Assembly: GCA_030704615.1 (NCBI GenBank)
Contig: JAKLZA010000166.1
Span: forward strand, 1-11,000
Direction: 5' to 3'
Origin: Takakia lepidozioides
Taxonomy: Eukaryota; Plantae; Bryophyta
Length of the DNA stretch: 11,000 nt
The position numbers and the translations under genes are program-made. The notes under the pieces were generated by a model. That model saw nothing but the letters and a program-made list of their open reading frames with translations. It was not told the DNA's origin and did no database searches. This document shows positions 1 to 9,821 of this stretch, in pieces. Positions within the stretch are counted from its first letter, which is position 1, and every line of letters begins with the position of its first letter.

Positions 1-3000
1 GCCTCTCGTGACAACGGTGGGCACAGGGGAGGCAGCCTGCGTTTGGGGGGGTGGGCTGGTTGCAAAGTCTCCATCGGAGTCCTCTTCCTCACCCTCTTCC
101 TGAACAGGCTGTTTCTGCTTCTTCGTTTTGGCGGGTGTCACAACAGCTGCTCCTTGCTGGCGAGTCCTCTTCTTCGACCCCTTCTGTTGGGCCTGCACAG
201 CTGCATCCACCGTCTTTTGTGCCATCTCAGCTGCCTTTCTGGATTCTTCCAGAGCAGCAGATTCCTTTGCCGACTTTGGCCCAGCAGGGACACGTCTTTC
301 CTTTCTCTTCTCTTCTGCCAAGGCGTGCAGATCTTTCTCAGACTCGTCAACAATACCGCCAGACATGTCCAGGTACCAGGGGCATCCAACGAGATGCGCG
401 GGATGCCATTGTTTCTGCATCTCGGGTGTGTAGACACAGCTTGGGCCCGCCACGGTCCAAGCCATGAAGAACGGGGGCTCTTGAGCCAGGGCCCCTGTCT
501 GAAGGAGCACGTATTTCATATACCTGCAAGGCAGTCAGCATGCGTGAGCAAAAGTTGAGACCAACCTACTGGCAGAGTGCCACCGAAAACATAAAATGCG
601 AATGCGGTGCCGCATTTCCGAGACAAACCTCGTAACCAGGCTTCGCATACAAGGGCAGCTGTGCTTCACCTGTAAACAATTCGCATTGCAGCTTTCCCCG
701 CTCCCTCCTGATGTGTAAACTCCACGCTCCTTCTTGCTGTCTGTAGCTCTCTGGCGAAAAGGTTGTCCTTGTACGCACATCTGAAACGTGTCACGTAGTC
801 TTCCAATGTCTGTGTTCCATCCCATTTGACGTACAAGCCGAACAAATTTGTGTGCATTACGACTTGCTCCTTCGCATTCGACATTACCTGCGATTCCCAA
901 ATCCATTGTCACGTAGCAGTTCAGGGAATTCATGTCAGAAAAGCAAATCTGGGGAAGTACCTTGAATTACCTGGAACCACCAAGTCATACGGTTGAGCCA
1001 CACATCCACTGCAGGGTCGGAAACTTCCAGTGGAAAAGACCACATTGTCCTTATGCTCTCGGATGCATTCCAGATCGACAGCCACCGTGTCTGCCATTTC
1101 CGATCCAATGTCAGGAGCTGGAAGAGAGTGGCTATTGCTAGGAAGGAACTTCAGTGCATTGAAACCTCACCTTCTCTTTCGCCTCCACACATGCCGTTGA
1201 GAGGTGATGCAGTTTCTCCAATTGCATGGTCGGCTGCATGGCCCGAGAATAGTGTTTTGCAATCTCGGGGATGAAGTCCTTTCCAAGTGCCGGATCTGCA
1301 ATTGCCACCAGCTTCACAAGCTTTGACTTGTATTTGGTTCTGGACTTGACACCGGCTTCCTTCAAGTGCTCAGTCAATGACTGCAACGTTTTGACCTGCC
1401 CCTCACTTTCCATGAAGAAGCGTTTGGCATGGGCCAAATCCAGCTTGATGTTTGACTGCCAACAAAAACATGCAGAAGCGTTACATTCGATTCATGTGGA
1501 AAGATTACTGAAAATTGGGGAAGGATGAGCAGAGGGAAATTGGAGGACGACTTACTTCGTATATCACCTCCACCATTCCATCCATAGTGAGACGATACCA
1601 TGTCCGGTCTGTTTTTGCAACGGCTTTCTGAATGAGCTCGGGCTCCAGCATTTCCGCAAACATCTGCGGATCAGTGAGACCAGTTTTCCTCACCCTGTAC
1701 AGCATGTGTGCCATGTGGGTATGCACGTACGCATTTTCAGTGACCCTGCAAGGCACACTCTCCAGTTCAGTACACGGAAGCACGGAAACAAACCAGAATG
1801 GAAACCGAAATGCGGCACCGCATTTCGAACGTGCTAGGGAGGGTATGAGTATCTTACGAGTTGAGGTCCGCCATGGCATTCTTGAGCAGGGAGGAGTCTG
1901 CCGCCTTCACCTTCAGGATGACACACTCCACCATGTAATGCCAGCCAATGTGCTTGGCATGGTTCTGCTTGATGTACTCCCACCAGGCGAGAAGTCGGTG
2001 ATTCCCGTCCCACACAAAGAACATTTTACCCGACATATGGCCGAAGTCGGGATCACCCTTCAGCGTCGCCTCGAATTCGTGGTTGCGAGTGTGCCAGTGG
2101 GTATCCCACGTTGACAATTCATCGGCAGTGGGTCCACGAGTTTCGCCGTCCTCATTCTCAATGGAAACGTAAAACGCTGCCGATCCCAGACGGTACCCTT
2201 CTCGAAATGCGAACTTGAGCTTATCCACATCTCCGGGAAGGGCCTGCCTGACGATGGGAAGGGAGACCATGCGACAGAGTGGGATTCGAAGAGTCCGCTG
2301 GAATACCCTGCTGCCCAGAACTCTGCCAATGCTACTGTGTGTCTCCTCCAACATTTTATCCGCTGCACTTTTGAAATCCTCCGGAGACATGTCTGTAGGT
2401 GCCGGTAGTGGCTGAGCAGCTGGAGCATCCTCAACTGGAGCTGCACTCTGGGGCCTGTTTGCGGGCAATTCTGCCATTGCAGAGGCCTCCTCTGGGCCTG
2501 CTTGCTCATCGGTGGTGAGGTCTTGCTGCGAAGTTGAGCGGCAGCACCCTCCTCCGGTACCAAATCGAGATCAACGGTCGATCCCATTGCCTGAGCTGCA
2601 GCAGAGTCGGCCCCAACATCTGCAGGCGGGAAATCCTCCAGGAACTGAGCTTCAGCTCGTGGAAGCGGTTTTGCGGGAGATTGTTCGCCCGTCGCCCTGA
2701 TTGCCTTCTGCTTCCTCATCCTTGCAGGTGAAGGTGTCTGCTGCAATTGAATCTGTCTTCTACCCTGCTGCTTCATTCGCGTTGGGGGGGTGAATCGGCC
2801 TGAGCCGGTTCAGAAGCCAGTAGAGGGACGGGCTGCTTCTTCTTCGACTTTGCTGGAGAAGGGCCCGACCCCTGCTGGCGATTCTCCATGACCGAAGAAC
2901 GCGAGTCGATCTCTGGGACTTTGAACTTGCCCTTCGAAGACGCGTCTTTGAATCGCAGAGGGCTAGGCCCGGCAGGAATACCCGCGCTCGGGGATCGGGT

Positions 3001-3292
3001 GGGTGTACGTGCTGCAGCTAGCTCCTCGGACTCTTCTTGCGGCTCTTCGGATTCCTGCGATCCCTCCAGCACGTCCACCTTTCCTGTTAGGCATGCAAAC
3101 ATGTTCTGCATTCAAGTCTCCTAGCATTCAGTCTAAGAATTACAGAAGCAAAATGGGGGGTTCGGTGCTCGATCAGCTGCGCGCAGCCCGATCGCATGGA
3201 GCTCTCACTGGTGGCTGGGTTGCCTGAGTGGCCTGCTGCTCGGAGATGGCAATCTCCTCCTGTAGACGCATCTGCTTCCTCCCCTTCGGCAT
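1..3292 (-). CDS. Multi-exon gene encoding a ParB/Sulfiredoxin-like (ParB N-terminal) domain protein, probable transposon accessory gene; 3' end runs off the window; two 1-bp frameshifts in the N-terminal low-complexity part
   Basis: Manual splicing gives an open frame: exon ending at 1858, then 1745-1556, 1455-1171, 1090-971, 887-670 and 523-<1. All introns are GT..AG with consistent phases. The product contains RIPLCRMVSLPIVRQ...FYVS...FFVWDGNHRLLAW and ends in a charged K/E-rich tail. Frameshifts at the G7 run 2784-2790 and near 2535 join ORFs 2773-3111, 2060-2776 and 1854-2477. The start ATG at 3292 (MPKGRKQ) and the structure of 3090-3210 are uncertain. Confidence 0.75.
524..669 (-). other. 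Spliceosomal intron (146 bp) containing one palindrome copy
   Basis: Donor AG|GTGAAG and acceptor CTGACTGCCTTGCAG|G join IVYR to YMKYVLL, which stays open to the window edge. It contains AAAATGCGAATGCGGTGCCGCATTTCCG at 593-620. Confidence 0.8.
888..970 (-). other. Spliceosomal intron (83 bp)
   Basis: Donor CAG|GTAATT and acceptor CGCAG|GTA ATG, phase 0, into ORF 666-884. Confidence 0.7.
1091..1170 (-). other. Spliceosomal intron (80 bp; an in-frame alternative acceptor at 1118 is possible)
   Basis: Donor AAG|GTGAGG, CTGAC branch-like motif and GCAG| acceptor. The next exon, TRWLSIWN...WLNRMTWWFQ, is exactly 120 bp. Confidence 0.6.
1456..1555 (-). other. Spliceosomal intron (100 bp)
   Basis: Donor GAA|GTAAGT and acceptor TTTTTGTTGGCAG|TCA, phase 0, join VIYE to SNIKLDLAHAK. 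Confidence 0.8.
1746..1857 (-). other. Spliceosomal intron (112 bp) containing one palindrome copy
   Basis: Donor TC|GTAAGA at 1857 and acceptor CCTTGCAG|G at 1746 join DLNS to VTENAY in frame. It contains CGAAATGCGG-CA-CCGCATTTCG at 1806-1827. Confidence 0.8.
1860..2300 (-). other. ParB/Srx-like domain with GxxR nucleotide-binding motif (DGNHR at 2009-1995)
   Basis: A hydrophobic strand followed by DGNHRLLAW matches the (D)GxxR-x-x-A signature of the ParB/Sulfiredoxin fold. The upstream IPLCRM...VRQ...DVDKLK...F..GY segment fits the N-terminal part of the fold. Confidence 0.7.
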
Positions 3293-3723
3293 TGGCCTAC
3301 GTCCGAAGTATAATTTCCGGAGCTTGCGACGAGGTCTCCTGGCTGGTGCACGAACTCCCCCCCTCTCAGGTTCGAGCATAAGAAGAACAGAGAGAGGGAA
3401 AAGGGCCAAAGAGTGCAGATGGAAAGGGCGCGAGAGGGGTGACTGAGGAGACACGACAAAAGTAGATGAAACGGCGGTGATGCACCACTTGGGTTCGAAA
3501 GGGTTGGACGAAAGTGTCTCCTCGGGGAGTTTGCGTCATTACGAAATTCGAATCGTTGAGGGTACGCCTGCCGTCCGAAAAACAAACATCATTATCGAAC
3601 GGTCAGGCCGCGCCGCCTCATGCCCCTTCAGTCAGATAGAGTGCCGACATGTGCAGCAATTCCGTTGCTCCACGTGTTCACATTTCAAGGTATTTCCGTC
3701 CCAGCGTCTGATGAGTTGGAGCG

Positions 3724-5430
3724 AAAATGCGAATGCGGCGCCGCATTTCCGTTAAGTACCATCACGAAGCTACACATCCGTACTTGTTGGAAGAAAATGC
3801 GGCACCGCATTTCCGTTCCACCTTCACATACCTTAGTTGTTGAACGGAAATACGGTGCCGCATTCCGTCCCACAGCTCCAAGTATGAGATTCAAAAGGGA
3901 AATGCGGCGCCGCATTTCCGTTCTGGAATGTCGAAAGGTGCGATTGGGACGGGAATGAGGCACAACATTTCAGTTCCCGTGGTTCATGATTTTCAATGTG
4001 AACGGAAATGCGGTACCGCATTTCCGTTCCCACTTCACATCCGTTAGATGATGAATGGAAATGCCGTGCCACATTTCCGTTCGGGAAAGTATAGAGGTCT
4101 CACCTGGACAGAAATGCGGTGCCGCATTTCCGGTCGGAAAGTTTGAAGGTCTCACATGGATGGAAATGCGGCTACACATTTTCGTAGCACAGCTCCAGGC
4201 CCAATATACAAAACGGAAATGCGGCGCCGCATTTCCGTTCTAGAATGTCGGAAGGTGCGACTCGAACGGAAATGCGGTGCCGGATTTCTGTTCCCGTTGC
4301 GCACGATTTTCAGTCAGAATGGAAATGCGGTACCGCATTTCCGTTCTGTAGAGTATTAACGTCTGACGCTGGCGGAAATGCCGTGCCGCATTTTCGTTCC
4401 ACAGCTCCATGCCTCACATACAAAACGGAAATGCGGCGCCGCATTTCCGTTTTGGAATGTCGGAAGGTGCGACTCCACGGAAATGCGGTACCGCATTTCA
4501 GTTCCGAGGTTTCAGGATATTTCATCAGAACGGAAATGCGGTGCCGCATTTCCCTTTTGAATCTAATACATTCCGTTCTGGAATGTTGGAGGTGCGACTC
4601 GGATGGAAATGCGTTGCCGCATTTCAGTTCCGAGGTTCACGATTTTCAGTCAGAACGGAAATGCGGTACCGCATTTCCGTTCTGGAATGTTGGTAGGTGC
4701 GACTCGGATGGAAATACGGTGCCGCATTTTAGTTCAGATGGTTCACGATTTTCAGTCAGAACGGAAATGCGTTGCCGCATTTCCGTTCTGGATAGTATGA
4801 ATGTCTCAAGCGGTCGGAATTGCGCTGTATGAAGCTGTCGGAATCGCACTCGGCTCCATGCATCAGATACAAAATGGAAATGCGGCGCCGCATTTCCGTT
4901 CTGGAATGTCGAAAAGTGCGACTCGGACGGAAATGCGGTGCCGCATTTCTGTTCCCGTTGTTCGTAAATCTCAATCAGAACGGAAATGCGGTACCGCATT
5001 TCCGTTCCACCTTCACATACCGTGCTTGTGAATGAAAATGCGGTACCGCATTTCCGTTCTGGAGAGTATGAATGTCTTTTAAGGACGGAAATGTGCTGCA
5101 GCATTTCAATCCCTCAGCTCCATGCATCAGATACAAAATGGAAATGCGGCGCCGCTTTTCCGTTCTGAAATGTCGGAAAAGTGCGACTCGGACGGAAATG
5201 CGGTGCCGCATTTCTGTTCCCGTTGTTCATAATCTCAATCAGAACGGAAATGCGGTACCGCATTTCCGTTCACCTTCACATACCGTGCTTGCTGGATGGA
5301 AATGCGTTACCGCATTTCCGTTCTGGAGAGTATAAAGGTTTCCCCGGACGGAAACTCGGTGCCGCATTTCCGTCGCTCTGGTGCATGACCAAGATGCAAT
5401 ACGGAAATGCGGCGCCGTATTTTCGTCCAC
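3724..5430. repeat. Array of ~32 palindromes (consensus GAACGGAAATGCGG-NN-CCGCATTTCCGTTC), 52-53 bp period, five spacer classes, ~264 bp higher-order unit
   Basis: Palindrome centres read at about 3739, 3803, 3856, 3908, 3961, 4014, 4067, 4120, 4172, 4225, 4278, 4331, 4384, 4437, 4489, 4542, 4615, 4667, 4720, 4773, (4826, degenerate), 4886, 4939, 4992, 5044, 5097, 5150, 5204, 5256, 5308, 5360 and 5413. Confidence 0.95.
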
Positions 5431-5853
5431 CAGCAATCGAAAGAATCACTCGGGACGGGAAATCTGGAACCTGAATGGGTTGCATTGTTCCGAAACAACA
5501 CAATTGCGGCCAGTCTTGATGAGCACAACTTGGTTGTCTGACCGTTTTAACCAGCAGTCCTGGCACTTGTCAGTGCGAACGTTCCTGTCTGCACCGAGAA
5601 TACTGCTGGATCCACCCTCAGGAGAAACTGTCAGGAGATGTTATTTCGTCGCCGAATCGGCCATCATTGTCATACTCACTGGCTATGGAATCAAACCTCC
5701 CACCTTCATGCATGTAGCTTGAAACAATACTTTCCACTTCAATGTGCGACTTCCAATCGTCGATGGACTCCGCAGATCCACTTAGATGGTGCCTGTGAGC
5801 CTTGGTCTGTCGCTATACTGAACCTCGCACTTGCCAACTCCGTGCGGTGTTCG

Positions 5854-8800
5854 ATGGCTCCGAATTCCTACGCTATAGTTTGCTGTCCTCCGCAACTTGG
5901 GAGAGCCTGGATCCCAAACGAGGGAGGACTTTGCAGAGTGACTGAAACTTACCTTTGTTCCAAATTCAAGCTCAAACCGGGCACAGTTTATTTGGAAGAA
6001 GAAAGGAAGGATGTTCCTGGACAGGTTGACGAGACCATTGTCGTGCTAGGTAACGACGGAGGTTGCGGAATCGAATGGCACGTTCCCCCGTCAGACACCA
6101 TCCTGTACCGAGCTGTGGGAATGCCCATTCCCTTTCCGAATCAGTCGCTGCCCACACCATCCACAAAGGAGTCCGGAAACCGAGAGGCGGCCACTGCCAA
6201 CAGAGAGGTATGCAACGATAATCATTCCCGACCTGGACCGTCAAGACCCTCCATAGCTTCTCGTGTGGACGTATTCGACATTTCCGACGAGGAAGATGAT
6301 TGCATTGAGGTACCCATGTCCTCCACACGGTCGTTCAAATCCGGCATGGACGTCTCTGTAGGTGCTACGAATGTGCCCTCGAGCATAACTCCAACCCGGT
6401 CCATTGTGCAGCTCCTACGACAACATCACCTCGATGGTTCTCGCTCCGAGCTGGCTGCTCTCGACTATGCCAAATTCCCAGTCAGAAAGGTAACGTTTCT
6501 GCCTCCCGAAGTCGATGGCAATGTCATCTTCGAGTTTCCACCTGTTTCTTCGTCAAAGAAAGCCTCCGGGATGTTAACAGACATGGATCGAAAGCATGAC
6601 GGACACCCCTGGTGTGTGACGAAGACCAGTAGCACGAAAATTGCTGATGGTGTTCGTGTACGATATGTCCTCTGTGCGGGGAAGCTGAGGTGCCTCAATC
6701 CCACCTGCTTCCACTTTCTCTCCAAAGGAGGGCGGAGAAACGAGACGGATTGGACTGGCACAACGCATCATCCATTCATTGTCTCCAGCCAAGCTCCTGC
6801 GGGTTCTTTCAAGTGTGCACATTGCAAAGAACCACCGACGTGCATGTCCATGTGCAGAGCCAAGCAATACTACGTTATCCATTTGCTCCCGGACTTGACT
6901 AGAGCTTGCATACACGTTGGGGTCCACTGCCACCCCTTGGCGAGAGGCAACATGCGTGAGGCTGTGCAGGAAGCACACGACATCATAAAAGAGGAGGTGA
7001 AATTGAGCCCCGGAGCCAGACCAAAGCAGATTCAGCTGAAGGCAGCCCACAAGATTGGCAAAATCATGTCTGAAGATGGTTCCGACCGAGAGCCCTTGAC
7101 CGAAGACGAGATGCGTGACCTCTTGGAGTCCGTCTCGCACGTTTGTAGTCCGAATGTGCGGAATCACATCGTATCTTGCAAGCAGGAGTTCGGCAGGGGG
7201 TCGGACATGTACTCAATCCTGGAGGTGAAACGAATGACTGGATATGACTACATCCAAGGTAGCAGGTTTCCAGGGCAAGGCAGCGAATCCGATCGTTGTT
7301 ACATTTTCAAAATGTCGACGTGTGGGCCTGGGAGTGGAGTCGACTTGGTCACTCGCATGACAACTGGAAACTTGTCGAATGCTTGGGTGATGTTTGATCA
7401 CATCAAGCGAATTACAAACCATCAGTGGGTGACTATGGGTGCGCATGTTTATGACTATCACTCCAAGAGGCTCATGACGATTGCAATCTGCGAGATGAAA
7501 GGGGAGGACACACAGTCCGAGATGCATCTGTGGGAGGGCATAAACGAGCAGATGGCAAGGGCGGGATTGCCAGAGCCCAATTTCAGGGGATTCATGGCAG
7601 ACAACGCTCAGGCCAACTGGGCAGCGGTGCGGCGTGTGTACGGTGAGGACCCCAATGTTCCAATGGAGGGGAAAGAGAGATCCTGTGGATTCCATTGGAT
7701 GCAGAGTCTATCCCACTACACTACCAAATTTGTTGCTAGCTCATTCCAGGCTGAACACCGTGTCCTTTGTACGGCGTGGAAGGATGCACCCACATTTGAT
7801 GACGCGGAGGTTAAGTTTGCTATCATCGAGGCTTGGTGGAAACACGTCAGGTGCAGTGGAGACAACCAATCTGGGAGCATTGCACAGCTGGTTGGGGTGG
7901 TGGCATTTTCGGTATCGACAGTTCGGACAGTACATGCGGGAGGTAGGCTGCTGTCAATTTCGTTCATTTGTCTTTCTGTTACGGACATTTCGATTGGTCC
8001 CTCACCATGTTTGTGTCCTCTAGGAGCGGTGCTTGGATTCCGACACGGACATGCCGAACACGAATATGGCAGAATCGGTCCACTCCTCCTGGCGAGCGTC
8101 TTCTGCCGCACATCTGGTGGACGTAGTGACGGCCACAACGGAGGACATCGACAGAGCAAATGCAGCAAGCCACGTACTACAAGTTCCTGAGCGGCAAACA
8201 ATGGGGCTTGGGCCGGACAGGGAGGAATTGTTGGTACGAACAGCTTCGAGGTCCAAGAATCCAGTGAAATGGGCGACAGCATTGCGAGAGAAGATCAAAG
8301 GGACGCCTCTGCACCGCAGAGGTGAACACCTAGAGGGGGACGTCCGGACTCGCCCTGTGAGGCGGAGGATTGAAGAGGAACCCGGGTGCGAAGAGGATTC
8401 CTGGAGATCCGACAGGAACATTCGGACAGCACCTCGAGGTCCCGTCATGTTGCCGCACAATGTGTCTTCCAGCAGTGGAAGCCCAAGAAATTCCAGATCG
8501 CCGTCGCCTTCAACCGGGGATTTCGTGCAACAAATTCCCACCGCTCCCTTGCCCCACATTCCGCCCGCTGTTATGCAGTATGGCCAAGCCATTGTGGAGA
8601 CGACTGTGTCTGCATCACAGTGGAGAATTGCTCGCACAAAGCCGTCGTTTCGAGGAAGGTGTTCCGCAATTCGTGTGGATACACGGCAACGTTGTTTAGG
8701 GGAGATGATAAGGAGAGAATCCAGATGAGGGCTGTCCCTGCTCCGCTTTTACGGAAGATTTGTCCATGCAAAGTTGCGGAGGCGACAACCACCAGTTCTG

Positions 8801-9452
8801 GTTCTGCAGGCACGACATTATGACTTGCGTGTATGGAAAGCCCAAGTACGGCATACAAACAATGCCAGAGGCTCCCCCGGTGTGGCCGGTGGAACCAGGC
8901 TGCGATCTGAGTCAGGTTGAGGCCGACGCCCTTACCGCCGCAGGATTTCGGATGGTGCAGCGCACTGACGTCCCCAGACAACCATTTCCGCTTCCACAGC
9001 CTCCACCACCGACCCCTGTGAGAGCAAGAACAATGGGACACGACAGCTCTAAGCATCCTACACACCGTTGGGGGAAACCGAAGAGGCGGCGACCTCCCTC
9101 AAAAGTGAACGAGACAAGGATGGGGAATGCACTTCGGATGAACTGTACAATCCAGAGCTCGACAGAAGTGCCCCCACCAGGATTCGGGCGTGTGTATCAG
9201 ATGGCCACGGCGGGCTCAGCTGTTCGCAATGAGGTGTACACCATCACCATTTCAGAATACCCACCTGCAATTGCACCGACTTCCAGATCATGGCGAACAA
9301 GGGGGCATCATACTGCCCTTGCAAGCATTTGTACTACGTGTACCTAAAAGAGACTCCGTTGTAATTCCACAACTCATCACTTCATACATGCACCAGGGTT
9401 GAGCCCCCAGGAGGTTCACACTCTTCTGAATATGGATCCAGGGGACCAGTGA
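5854..9452 (+). CDS. Mutator-like DDE transposase (GCM-type Zn domain, MULE core, SWIM finger); one intron; several 1-bp frameshifts (pseudogene or assembly errors)
   Basis: Probable ATG at 5854 (MAPNSY). Catalytic D at 7396 (WVMFDH), D at 7600 (FMADNAQAN), CxxH at 7684-7695 (CGFHW) and E at 8072 (TNMAESVH). Removing an extra A at 7840-7842 restores WWNTSG...LHSWLGWWHFRYRQFGQYMRE. Intron at 7943-8023, SWIM at 9266-9328. The repaired C-terminus FIHAPGLSPQEVHTLLNMDPGDQ ends at TGA 9450-9452. Confidence 0.85.
6598..6936 (+). other. GCM-like (WRKY-GCM1 superfamily) Zn-binding DNA-binding domain
   Basis: DGHPW...CAGKLRCLNPTC...CAHC...C...C...GVHCHP follows the GCM pattern: DGxxW, then CxGxxxCxxxxC, CxxC and GxHxHP. 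Confidence 0.65.
7943..8023 (+). other. Spliceosomal intron (81 bp) in the transposase
   Basis: GAG|GTAGGC donor, T-rich body, CTCAC branch-like motif at 8001-8005 and CCTCTAG| acceptor. Splicing removes the in-frame TAG and joins YMRE to ERCLDSDTDMPNTNMAES. Confidence 0.8.
9266..9328 (+). other. SWIM zinc finger (C-x-C-x15-C-x-H)
   Basis: After a 1-bp shift at 9260-9262 the sequence reads YTITISEYP-TCNCTDFQIMANKGASYCPCKHLYYV. It is absent from the ORF track because of the frameshift. Confidence 0.85.
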
Positions 9453-9701
9453 GCTTGGCTTGCGGTCCCATACAATGGTACGCCCATCCTTTTCGGATAG
9501 TAGAACTGTACTGCTGCCAGTACCTCAGACTCTGGCCACAGAAAGGTCCGACATATGTCTTGCCTACCAGTAACCTGTTTTGCTCGAACTAAGATATTAC
9601 TATATCGTTCACTTGTTTCCACGTGCATGTATTTTTGTATGTTGGAGGGTTCATGTTTTTTGCTTTCCGAAAACTTGCTTTCCTCATTCGACCTCCGACA
9701 A

Positions 9702-9821
9702 GGAAATGCGGCGCCGCATTCCAAGTATCGTCGTAGGTACCCCCAGGGAGAGGGGCCTTCGCCAACACCAAACCGCTCCGAAATTTCGCACGTGCGAACC
9801 CTAATGCGGCACCCTATTTCC
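9702..9821. repeat. Dispersed copies of the array palindrome downstream of the transposase
   Basis: GGAAATGCGGCGCCGCATTCC at 9702-9722 and degenerate AATGCGGCACCCTATTTCC at 9803-9821. A further half-site TGCCGCATTTCC lies at 10171-10182. Confidence 0.8.

Noticed and set aside
1-523. A DNA methyltransferase domain fused downstream of the ParB-like domain
   Set aside because: No SAM-binding or DPPY/SPPY-type motif is visible in the window; the gene continues beyond base 1, so this cannot be assessed.
43-3124. Plus-strand ORFs (43-558, 51-467, 128-433, 1632-2114, 2888-3124 and others)
   Set aside because: They are antisense shadows of the minus-strand gene with no recognisable motifs.
3724-5430. 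CRISPR array (palindromic ~30 bp repeats with constant-length spacers)
   Set aside because: Spacers recur in five classes instead of being unique, no cas genes are present, flanking genes have spliceosomal introns, and repeat copies also occur singly in introns.
1-5430. Bacterial or plasmid parABS locus, or contamination
   Set aside because: The ParB-like gene has at least five phase-consistent GT-AG introns, no ParA Walker-box ATPase is visible, and the neighbour is a eukaryotic-type transposase.
3477-5722. Numerous short ORFs on both strands with EMRRRIS / GNAAPHFR / KCGAAFP motifs
   Set aside because: They are translations of the palindromic repeat, appear alike on both strands and in all frames, and the 52-53 bp period does not preserve frame.
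5638-8190. The 850 aa ORF taken as the complete protein
   Set aside because: After 7842 it is out of frame and reads through an intron. The catalytic E and SWIM lie in other frames downstream. The first 72 codons are probably 5' UTR.
9785-9798. Perfect 14 bp palindrome TTCGCACGTGCGAA containing a G-box (CACGTG)
   Set aside because: Single occurrence downstream of the gene with no supporting context; could be chance.
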